DNA of 64,000 nucleotides from Eledone cirrhosa (Eukaryota), in the NCBI GenBank assembly GCA_964016885.1, contig OZ024740.1:130138001-130202000 (forward strand). Reading direction: 5' to 3'. The notes below the pieces were generated by a model, which worked only from the letters and a program-made list of their open reading frames with translations, did no database searches and had not been told where the DNA came from. The position numbers were made by a program, and so were the translations under genes. Positions 26,455 through 37,923 of the stretch are shown piece after piece; the first letter of the stretch is position 1, and every line of letters starts with the position of its first letter.

Positions 26455-26675
26455 ATAATTATATATATGTGTATGCATATTTACATACAGAGTGATTTAA
26501 AGTTTATTTTCATTGATTATTTGCTCTAGAAACGTGTTGAGTGCTCTAAATAACCTATAAACATGTATACTTTTATCTATTTATTTATTTATTTATTATA
26601 TGTCGTTATCCCAAGTATTTGTTTACCCCTTCCACCTTTTTATGTTTATATATATATAATGTTTATGTATTTTCT

Positions 26676-26743
<68 letters not shown>

Positions 26744-26829
26744 GTCTTTTATGGTCCATCTGGTTCCTTACCATATTTCATTCGTCATATATATATATAT
26801 ATTTAAAAGAATAGAGGTGTAACACACAA

Positions 26830-27182
26830 GTTATTATATATTGGTAAACGGAATAGAAAATACTGACAAATTGTTCACAGTGAAAAATAGTTTAATTAGG
26901 AAATTCGTGTTGCAAAAATTCGTGTTGCAAAAATTCTTGTGGTCAAAACAATTTTGATTGGTCGGTAGTGGTCATGTGAATGTAAAAAATTGATTTTGCG
27001 CGAAATGTAGGTTTGTGTCGGCTGACTGAGAAAAGACTCTTTCACAACATATATGTGTGTGTGTAGTAGTAGTAAAGTGTTGTTTGTTATGCTAATGGTG
27101 AGCAGGGTTGTGTGTGCGAACCGTAGCCTGTTGACAGTTCAAATGCCTATGAAGACAAGTATGTGTGTGTATGTGTGTGTGT

Positions 27183-27230
<48 letters not shown>

Positions 27231-28483
27231 CAGAGTATTTCGTGGTAGAGGGATGGTCAGTAGGAATGTGTCTGTAAGTGAGTGAGGGATATTTTAACAT
27301 GTTAAAATATATTTTTCAGCTCTTGTCTTATACGGAGAAGTGTGTGTGTGTGTGTATGCCTCTGTGTATGTTAATGTACGCGTGTGTATGTGTGTGTGAA
27401 TATATGTGTGTGTGTGTGAGAATGTGTGTGTGTGTGTGTGTGTGTGGTTGTACCAGTATTTTTTTCCTGGTAAAATGGTGTACATTATTCCATATTTTCA
27501 GTAAAAACGATTCTCTCAATAGAACATCAAACACCTTAATAATAACATGTGTGAAATGATATATAGTATTGGCATAATACCAGGTGTGTGTGAGTGTGTG
27601 TGTCCAAATTGTACGTACTGAAAGGGGATCCCTTAGGCCTTGCCGTATTGGAATACATGTGCACAAAAATGTATGTGCCCATCAGTGTGCAATGCATGTG
27701 TGCGTTTATGTATGTGTGTGTGTCGGCACGTTTATATCAATAGACATCAAAAGGTATGCAAATTAGTATATATTGTGTTGCACCATAAAACATCTGTGTT
27801 TACGTATGTCATTGTGTTTATATGTGGGTAGAGATGTGTGCTGATGTAGGTATGTATGTTGACGTGTGTATGTTGTGGGTTCGTCTTAGGTAGAAGTGTT
27901 TAGGCGGGGTCTGTATTTGTTAATAAAGTAAGATTCCTTGATGATGCGCTGGGTGTGGGTGGCATTATCTTTAAATTTGTAGAGGGGAAAGATTCTGAAG
28001 TTGGGATGATTTTGGGCGGCACAGGTATCAATGTGTTCACTCAGTGGTATTTTCCTGTATTCCCGTATTTTAATTTGGGATCTATGGACAGTCATGCGTT
28101 GGCGGAGGCTATTTTTGTCTGGCCTATGTATTGTTCTCGACAACCTGAGCAAGTTAATACATATATTAGATTTTCCGGTCCACATGTGAAATTGTGTTTT
28201 ACTATAAAACGTTGTCCTTCTTTAAAATAGAATTCCGAGCCCTCTATTAGGTTGATGCAAATTCCACAGTTGGGTCTATCGCATTTGTTTACTGTGGGTT
28301 TCGTTGTTGTGGTTGGCAGTACGTTGGCATGTGTCAGGATGTTTTTCATTGACTTAGATTGTCTTTTGCTCTTTATGATATCGTGTGTTTGTAGGATTTG
28401 GTTCATTCACTGAGTGAACACATTGATACCTGTGCCGCCCAAAATCATCCCAACTTCAGAATCTTTCCCCTCTACAATTTTAA
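26830..28483 (-). mobile_element. 5'-truncated PLE (GIY-YIG + 3' UTR) with short 5' inversion, related to the 50130 family
   Basis: CDRPNCGIC..NLIYVLTCSGCREQYIGQT..HRSQI..IPLSEHIDTC..FINKYRPRLN (27886-28406, one frameshift); 28410-28483 is the reverse complement of about 27970-28044. Confidence 0.85.
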
Positions 28484-30729
28484 AATTTCATCCAGTTTGA
28501 CATAGAGAGTTACTATGCATCTATTACCTTACCGCTCCTTACAGCCGCCTTGGACTTTGACGAAACACTTACACCCATCACTGACCAGGAAGGAAATATC
28601 ATTCTCAACGCCAGGAAGACAGTCCTACTTTTCGACAACTCCAAGTGGATAAAGAGAGCTCCCGACTTCCCCTTCGATGTCAATATGGGCGCGACTGATT
28701 CGGCCGTGGTCACAGATGTTATAGAATTGTTCCTACTATTTAAACTCACGGAATGTTTCCTGCATTCGGCGGTGGATTGTACCTGGATGATGGGCTCCTC
28801 ACCCTCCAACGGTACAACCCCAGTAGTACAGACCGGGTCTGTAAATAACTAATCAACTTCTTCCGAGATAGGGGATTCAAAATCACCATACAAACGTCCC
28901 TAACCCGAGTCAATTTCCTGGACGTTACACTTAACCTCGAAAATGATCTGTACTACCCATACAGGAAAGCAAACCTGCACTACATACACCGCTCTACCGA
29001 TCCTACAAACATCACCTTGTTAAACATATCTCCCTCCGCATATCTCGTCTGTCCGCTAATGAGCAGATATTCGACGAACACGCGCCTCATTACAACCAGG
29101 CCCTCAAGCGGAGTGGCTTCCGGGAGGAAATATCATTTTATCCAGCTTCCATCAGCGGAACCAGCAGCCAACACCGCTACTCACGCAACGAAACGTGGTT
29201 CAATCCTCCCCATAATGCCGAGGTGGCAACAACTATCGGGAAAATCTTCTTTAGACTTCTCGAAAAACAATTCCCACTAGTAACACCACTACCACAACAT
29301 AATAGCAAAAACACCATCGAACTCTCCTACAGCACCATACCTAACTTCGCACAAATCATCGTCTCCTCAAACAACAAAAAACTCAACCTCTATGGAAGAA
29401 ATAACCTCGACATAAGTGCAGAACCGATCAGGAGGTGTAACTACCCTGATAGATCTACGTGCCCCCTCAACAACAAATGCCGAGAACGTAACGTGATCTG
29501 CCAGTGCAACGTGAGGACGGACACCTCCAACAAAGCTTATATAGGATTAACCGCGTGTGACTTCAAGACACGGCTCTACCAGCACTGACATACTTTCCGA
29601 AACCCGGTCCGGCGACATGCCACTATACTTTCGGGCCAGATCTGGGACCTTCAAGATAATAATATAACCTACAATCTCACGTGGAGCTTAACCGGTAGGA
29701 CGCCGAGGAAACATTACAAATGCTGTTTTCGAAGGACCAACTCTGAAACAAGAAAGACGAACAGGTAACCGCATGCAAACACAGATTGGGTAAGACTTAC
29801 GTCGCCCTCAAACCCCATAACGACTCGGGTGGGTAGACAAGGGCTGATACCCCCACCCCACTTGCCGAATAAGTTAGGGGAAACCCCAGCTTATAGAGGT
29901 AGATGTATCTCTTTTCTTTTCCATGTTGTCTTCATCTTCAATTTGTCACATCCTATCACTTCCTTCCACCCCCTAGTTACTTCCTCGTCTGCTTTTCCCC
30001 TTACGCCTACCCCGATGCAGCCCATCGGGCCTCTGTAGCATCAGTTCCCCCACCCCTGTAATTTTAAGATAGAATTGGCCGAATACGTTTTACTAACTAC
30101 TTATAGCAGATTTGTCAAACTCCTTTAATTGTGCACCAATTTTGTTACTACTCAATTTCTACATGTTTTTTTCTATTCTCAACTTATTAACCTGTAATTG
30201 TAATATAGAATCGTGATTTTTTTAATTCATTTCTCATTATCTAATTTTATATATATTTTTTTTATTTCTATTATCTTTCATTATCTCCTACTCTCATTCG
30301 ATTTACCTATTCTATAACCTCCCTCCTCCACTATTCTATAACCTCCCTCCACCACACTATTCTTAGAATCTGCTGTATACATATCACTGTCAACGCTTGA
30401 CCGCTCCACTCACTCCCCTCTTGTTCTACAGGCAAGTTCAGCCACCCCTACCTCCCACCAAATGCCATGATAGACTTATTTGTGTTTACAACAAATTTCA
30501 ACCAATCCTCTTGACACCTACAATCTCCCCATATAAGGAAGTACCCCCTTGACAAGTTCGGCTATTTATTCACCAGGCTAAACATTCTAAATTATCCAGA
30601 AATAGCCGTCGAAACGGCTAGAGCTCTGCCGTCGGGGTCATACATTTTCCTATTTCACCCCTCTACTACCCTAAGTATTGAGTACTCTGGTGCGTTATGG
30701 CCCATCTGGTTCCTTACACAATTCCTTGG

Positions 30730-30730
<1 letters not shown>
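28484..30730 (+). mobile_element. 5'-truncated decayed Hydra-type PLE (RT C-half, GIY-YIG, 3' UTR with hammerhead)
   Basis: QFDIESYYASI, PFDVNMGATDSA, NFLDVTL, CNYPDRSTCPLNNKC, VICQCNV..YIGLT; same family as 46681. Confidence 0.9.
30543..30639 (+). ncRNA. Type I hammerhead with U3-A8 core and extended stem II
   Basis: CCCC-TTGACAA-g..CGGCTATTT..AAATAGCCG tc-GAAA-CGGC TAGAGCTCT GCCG-TC-GGGG. Confidence 0.75.
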
Positions 30731-30780
<50 letters not shown>

Positions 30781-32409
30781 TATGTGTGTGTGAGTGTGTG
30801 TGTGTGCGCGCGTGCGTGCGTGCGTGTTTGTGTGTGTGTATGTGTGTGTGTGTGTGTGCTTGCTTGTTTGTATGTATGTTTCTATATTCTTGTGTATGTG
30901 GATATTATTACATAGACTTACATGTATGGCTATATCTTACATAAACTCATTGCTATCCTGACTTTCACGCACGATTTTATATGTGCATTGAGGTTTATAC
31001 CCTTATTGGGATGCGCATAGTCACACATATTAGTTAATGTGGGTACATGCGCGCCAACATTGACGCATGAATCTATGGACAATTTTGGCTAATTTTTGAG
31101 TTGCAAAAGAACGTACAAACCAAAAATCATACTCAGTCGCATAGTCAATACAGAAATATCACAAACACGGATCAGACTACAAAGTCACGTTCATGTTTTA
31201 CTATACTCACAAGAAACGTTAAGAAAACATTCACCATTGCCACACAAATGCACACAAATAAGTAGCAGCACATCAATCTACTCTCACACATAGAAGCATA
31301 CATATTGATGGTACATATTGATGATGCATGCATATGTCACACAGTCTTATCCACATAGGCACAGATTTATCACCATCATCATTGTTTTCCTCACTAACTG
31401 TAAAGCAGTCTAACACACATTGAGATAACTATCTAAACACGTTACTTAGACACTGACCTACAAAGTTGTATCCCGCTTTATTTATTTATAATCCCTTTTA
31501 ATTAAATCAACGAAATACTTTGTATTGATCCATCCTCGCCCCCTCTCATCCATCCAGTTCTAATTCGTCGATCAGTTACTTTTAACTACCACAGCAGACA
31601 AGAATTTAACAAATCATACACACACTCACACAAACCCACCCACATCATCATGAACAATGCATATCTACTCCAGGCAGTAAGCGCCAACTTCTTCTCTTCG
31701 TTATATCCATTCATCAGTCACCTTTGGTTACTACTAGTTTTCTGCTTGAAAGTTGTACAGCTATTTTATTTCAACTTTGTCCATCTTCCTGGAATGTAGT
31801 GCTCCGGATATAACTTCTATAACGGCACACACACACACACACGCACAAACACAAATACAAACACACACTCACTCACGTACAAATTCTATCAGACACACGC
31901 TCATAGACGCAGATACCTATTAATAATTACAACAGACTCGCTAGCACATACTCCCAATGATAACACACAAAAGAAAAGACTCACACATGAACACGCTCGT
32001 ATATATACATAAGCATTTTACGCCAGAACTCCACATGCATAAACACACGTATATGTACAAATATTCATAAACATATACACATATAAATTCTCATGCACAA
32101 ACCATATACACGTACATTTAGATATAATGAACATCACTCATTGCATCTAAGCTTTTGTCTTCGACGGTACAAATTGTTGAAGAAAACAAATTCGTTTTAG
32201 GAAAAGCAATATGTGTGTGAAAAATATTAGCTGTGTCTTATATATATATATATATAAATAAGTTTTACTTTTTTCTGGCGTAAAGATTTGGCCCAAGTAA
32301 AATAAACACTGGGGAACCAGTCGATTTCTTCACCTACCTAGTTAACACCGGCGTTTTACTCTCTATAACTTCATATCACGATCGGACTGATGTCAAAATG
32401 AATACCTAC

Positions 32410-32505
32410 CAAAACCTGTCCTTGATTTAATAGACAAATACTTCAAAGTTAAACATATATATATGAAGTTGTTCAACAGGGATGCCGTCAAGATCAGCTT
32501 TACTT
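32410..32505 (+). mobile_element. Small Hydra-type PLE linker fragment
   Basis: Translates LDLIDKYFKVKHIYMKLFNRDAVKISF, homologous to LDLLDKHFPPNHRYYKIFNRNVGKISY at about 25540-25620. Confidence 0.55.
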
Positions 32506-34570
32506 TATCTGTCTAATATTTCGGAAACTAAAAGTCCCTTATTCAGAGTTTAAGGAACTTTCAGTGGATAATGTTCCAATTTCCTCTCTTTGGGTTTAAA
32601 TTTTGATTTTGATTTAAATTTTTTCTGAGACATTTTCAAGCGTATTTTTTTAATGCTTATTTCTCTTTCCACGTGAATGACGTCAATTGCCAATATAGTT
32701 TTCTTTTTTCAATATTTTTAATAATAATAATAATGACATTATTGTGTACAGTGCTCAGGTGCAGTACACACCTTTTTTAAACCTTTTCTTTTTTAGTTTT
32801 TAATCGTATTTAATGACATTAACATTAACAAACTCATTTGCATCTTTCATACTTTACCTGAGACAACAAAAAACATTTTGATTCTTTTCATTTTCTTGAG
32901 AGAATTGAAGACACAAAGCAAATTAATAATACGTTGTAAGAGATGTTTAGTTTATGTGCCTGTGTATGTGTCTTTTTAAGTCAAGTACTGTGTGCTGAGT
33001 TCTAATCAATTATTTATTTGCGGCTTGTGTCTACGTATGTGCAAGGCTTCCTTAATTATTATGTTGCCCACATTTCTAACACTGGCTTTAATAGTAACGG
33101 TAATATATTGGTTGATGTTTCTACATTTGTCAATGTGTTTTTTTAATGAGGATGCGTGTGTGTTGAGGTGTTCTTTAATGTCTGTCTATTCCTTGATGCA
33201 TTTATGAGATATATGCTTTTCAATTTTCGTAAGCAACATCTAAAAATTAGTACATATAGTATTGTCATTTCCGTGTTATTTTTCTCCCCTTTGTGTAATG
33301 ACATAGAGTTGCGTTTGCATCTGATATGATCCAACAGAATTTGAATATATTCTAGGAAATTAAATGTATGGAAATACATGAAGCCAGAAGCATACGCGTA
33401 ACATATTGGTGTCAGTAATTGATTTTAAACGTTGAATTCAAATCTAGAAAGATCAGGGCCTTTACGATCATCACTATACGTTGCAATTGTACTGCCCCTT
33501 TAATTTAATATCAAACACTGTCATTGCTTTACATGATTGAACATAACTCAAAGCATAACATTATGAATTATATGTCAGATGACGTCAGCTAATGTAGTGT
33601 GCAAATTAAAAAGAATAATTCATTGAATGGTACATATATCACTGACATATATGTTAAAATATTTATCTGCAAATTACGATAACATGCCGGAATAATCTTT
33701 ATCTACTTATTGTGCCTGCCTTAGGGGGAAATAACATATCATAATAGTATTGTACAGTGTGGAATATTCACATATGTTATCATGTATTATAGATATATTT
33801 ACAAGACGGAAATATTGAGGGATTCATACATTATACCGTGCTATTTACTATCTACAGAGGAAAATAGGTAAACTCAATCATCTAGTATCAAGGAATATCG
33901 GAATAAACGATACAAAGGGAAATTGTGGAGAGAGTAAAATGTGAAAATTTCTTGTTAAAATATATCATAGAGACTATCAAAATGCTTCTTCTATATTCAT
34001 ATGACATGCTTATATATATTTTGATGCACACTTCCACACACAAATGATTAATGATAACAGATTAAGTCATAGATTTCAAATCAAGTAATAAATGTGCAAT
34101 ATATAGCCGCTGCATTGGTATGTGCTTTGATATTTCATGGTAACTGAAAGGAGATCGATGGACAGAAATACAGAAATATAAAATGAAAGACACGAATACT
34201 GATTCACAATTCATTTCCGATAAGTGTGTTATTTATGTAAAGATATATAATATTTTGTATTAATAACGAGCAAGAACGAAGTAACGAGATATATATATGA
34301 TTATTCACATTTGAATAGCGTTTATATATATAAAATCTAATATATTTCATAAGAAGCATACTAAGAAATTCATAAATGTGTGACATGTTTCAGGAATCCG
34401 GTACAATGCGGAAAAATATATATAAAGAGCAAAGGATGACAAATTAAACAAAACAACGTTATATTTTACCATGTATAATTAAAAATGATATTGCAAGGAT
34501 AATTCCCTTTTTTCAAATCGTGAAACGCAACGGTTCAAAACAAAAACGAATGATCGAAGTGTTCTTAATT

Positions 34571-34750
34571 ATAATTGTTTCTACTTTAGGCACAAGGCCA
34601 GCAATTATCCAGTGCATTACAGGTACTTTATTTTATCGACCCCGTAAGGATGAAAGGCAAAGTCAACATCGGCGGGATTTGAACTCAGATCGTAAAGGTA
34701 CGTAACTATGCTGGAAAGCATGGCGTCCGACCCTCTACCGATACTGCCAA
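34571..34750 (-). mobile_element. tRNA-derived SINE
   Basis: Reverse complement of the 5565/10986 family. Confidence 0.85.
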
Positions 34751-34777
34751 CAATACTCGAGTCAAATGTAAATAAAC

Positions 34778-34964
34778 ATAATTGTTTCTACATTTGGCAC
34801 AAGGCCAGCGATTATTCCAGTGCATTACTGGTACTTTATTTTATCGATCCCGTAAGGATGAAAGGCAAAGTTAACACTGGCGGGATTTGAACTCAGAATG
34901 ACAAGAGCCGTAACTCTATGCGTCAAATCAAGGTGTCCGACCCTCTACCGATACTACCAATCCG
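34778..34964 (-). mobile_element. tRNA-derived SINE (tandem second copy)
   Basis: Reverse complement of the same family, 28 bp from the previous copy. Confidence 0.85.
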
Positions 34965-35100
34965 ATGCTATATTGATACCTTCTTTGTGTTCCTTATCAA
35001 TTATATATATATATATATAAACACAAAAGAGGGTGTGGTAAGATACCAGGTGGAGCATAACGCACAGGACTGCACAATATTTAGGGAAGTAGAGTTGGTA

Positions 35101-35208
35101 ATATGAAAAGTGTCAGGACCCCTTGATAAGATCAGCTAGGTTCCCGCCATTCTTATACTTGTCAAAACAGCCGGAGCTCTGCCGTCGGGGTCCTGACTCT
35201 TTTCATAT
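35101..35208 (+). ncRNA. U3-A8 family hammerhead with ~21-bp helix I (G12 mutated)
   Basis: atatgaaaagtgtcaggacccc-TTGATAA..gtc-AAAA-cagc cggagctct gccg-TC-ggggtcctgactcttttcatat. Confidence 0.65.
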
Positions 35209-35289
35209 ATATATATATATGTCTGTGTGTGTGTGTGTGCGTGTGTGTGCGCGTGCGTGTGTGTATGTCTGCGTGTGTATGTATGTATT

Positions 35290-36420
35290 AAAAGGAAAAA
35301 AAGAAATAACGCAATCGGTACAGTATATGGAAGGAATACATGAAGTTAACGCATGAAATAGCAGGAAGAGGGTTTTAACGTTTCGGACGCTAGTCCTTCA
35401 TCAGAAGAAAAAATGAGAAATTAGATAGATCGAAGGGACGGGCGGGGTGTAATTGAAAAAAAAATGCCTTTAGATAAAAATAACAGGTCTATACACGTTG
35501 CCATCTCTGGAAAACTGTTGATGCAGGCGTTTTGGGTATGATATTTTTTTTTAGAAAAGTGGATGATGGAGCGCGTCTACTTGAAATGGAAGAAAGCCGT
35601 TTTTTTTATAAAGAGTTATCCTTGTTCACGTGCGTATGCGCGCGCGCATGTATGTGTCTGTGTGTCATTATACGTCCGTACAAAGTTAAGAGCAAAAGTA
35701 TGTTAATATAAGGGAAAAGAGGAGTGTTAAAATGTATGTCAATGAAGGGAAAAGAGGACTGTGCGTATTTTGTTGATTTGTATTATCTGTAAGAGTATAT
35801 GTTTCTCATATAAGAGAGCCATAGGAATCTAGTGGTGAAGGTGCAAGCGGGTATGTAATAAGGGAGGGGGTATTAAAGTAATTGAGGAGGGGATTTGCGT
35901 CCATGAGGGAAAAAGGACCCAAGGCGGTAAATCACACTCTGTTCATTCCTGGGGTGCGAGGCATGTGACCCGTAATGTAAAAGGAAACCCACGTCTGAGA
36001 CATGTGAGGAAGAGTGAGCAGGAGAACGAAGATGACGGGCGACGGGAGTATGGAGATTAATATATCCCTTGGATGCTCAGGAAAAAGGTCTGCAAAACGG
36101 GACGCCGTGTGGCTACCGTTTTACTGAACTTATCAAGGGGTCCTGACACTTTTTGTATTACCCACTCTACTACCCTCAATAGTGTGCACTCTGGTTCGTG
36201 TGCTCCTCAGATGCTCAGAAAAACGGTCCGCCAAACGGCGTCCTGTTTGTCCTGTGTATAAGGACCCGCAAAGGGAAAACCGCAGGGCGAATTCTAGTAT
36301 GTGCTGGTTTTTTACCGACACTTCAGTATGCAGGTTACAGCACTCGATTAAGTGCGCAGGTGGGTCTGTTTACTCTCGAGAATATTTATAAGTAAGAAGG
36401 GTAAAGAATACACACTTCCT
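35290..36420 (-). mobile_element. 5'-truncated decayed Neptune-like PLE (GIY-YIG + 3' pLTR)
   Basis: CGSLYTGQTGRRLADRFSEHL and TPVARHLRSPAHS..NEQSVIYRLGSFFPHG on the minus strand. Confidence 0.75.
35371..35409 (-). ncRNA. Minimal type I hammerhead (helix I eroded)
   Basis: Reverse complement CTGATGA-A GGAC TAGC GTCC-GAAA-CG-TTA. Confidence 0.7.
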
Positions 36421-36910
36421 TTCGTCTAATGGTCTAAATATGTTTATATATTTGAAATGTTCACTAACAACCCCATTTCATTCTCTCACAACCAGTGGCA
36501 GTATTATGTTAACACTACTACCACTAATACTATTAAAGATATCACTGACTCCCAAACACTCCTAAATTAGGGTATATTGTTGGCTGCTAGAAATAAACCC
36601 TAACCGACTGACCTGATTCCAGGACAACTAACCTAAGAAATTCAATAGACTTGTTATTGAGATGGGGAAATTAAATCTGACTGAAGGAGGTGAATTTTAC
36701 TGATGCTGTAAATTCGTTCATTCTAAATGATATGCCACTGGTGTTTGAGAAAACACAACTTTTCAGCCATAACAGAAGTAAGCTTCATTCCATCGTTATG
36801 TTTTTCTGTTCAAATTGTGATGGGGTCATAACAGTTGCGAAATGGTTATCACCGTAATATATATAACAGCGACAATGAATAAATTTAACCTGTTCACTTA
36901 CACTTCGTAG

Positions 36911-37011
<101 letters not shown>

Positions 37012-37065
37012 GAGACAGTCACATACACAAATATATTTACAAAAAGCAGCCTTTCATACCCCCCC

Positions 37066-37103
<38 letters not shown>

Positions 37104-37882
37104 GTTTAATATAGAAATGGATTTTACAGGACTGGAGCTGTTTAATTCGAAGGAAATCACCAGAGACCAACTCAATTTTAAATATTTATATTTTGCTATG
37201 CATTGAGTACGTTACTTACTGTGGTTATCCTCGATTGAAACCGGAATACACACGCGCGCGCACGCACACTCACACGCACATACACATATATATATATATA
37301 AATGCACGAACGTTTGTTTGTCTTGCTGAGTTAGTCTTCTTGTAACATAGTGGTGATGTTTGAACCTGTTTTATCATAGCACATTCCCTGGTGTATACGT
37401 TAGTCGGACTCCGATATCTTAATTTCGTACTATAAGAATATTAATATATCTATAAATTCATATGGGATTTATACGTAATTTACATCATAAGAAAAGCAAA
37501 TATAACAAAAACACACGGATTGTAGATAAAGTAACGCTCCGGGGAAACATATTTTCGAAAATCGAAAATGGAAATACGTAAATGATAAACACATAAATTA
37601 ACCAAATCAAGAGAAAAGATAAAGAAACAATATCATTGAAATACATAGATAATATTTTTAATTTACGAAACCATTACAAACCTAAGGCGACATACGGCAA
37701 CATCATTAAGAATTGTACAAAACATTCCTTAACAGCTTGACATAAATCTAAATGATATCAAACGAGAGAAAGTCATTAAATTGTGAAATATATGTGGAAG
37801 AATTGGAAAGAGAAAACAAGAGAATTACATCAACGTCACACACGCTCACACAGACACAGACCCACATATCCACACATACACA

Positions 37883-37923
<41 letters not shown>

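Larger units (their letters stand above)
23650..26520 (+). mobile_element. Near full-length decayed Penelope-like element, Hydra-type (RT + GIY-YIG)
   Basis: YSIKNIPTP..KRMRWKA N-terminus, SDKT motif, RLINPAKSE, QYDIVDF, YRDNG, FLDINLDL, CSCRKPEECPLHGKC, VVYEAKV..YVGMT. Stops and frameshifts near 24672, 24791, 24955 and 25400. Confidence 0.9.
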
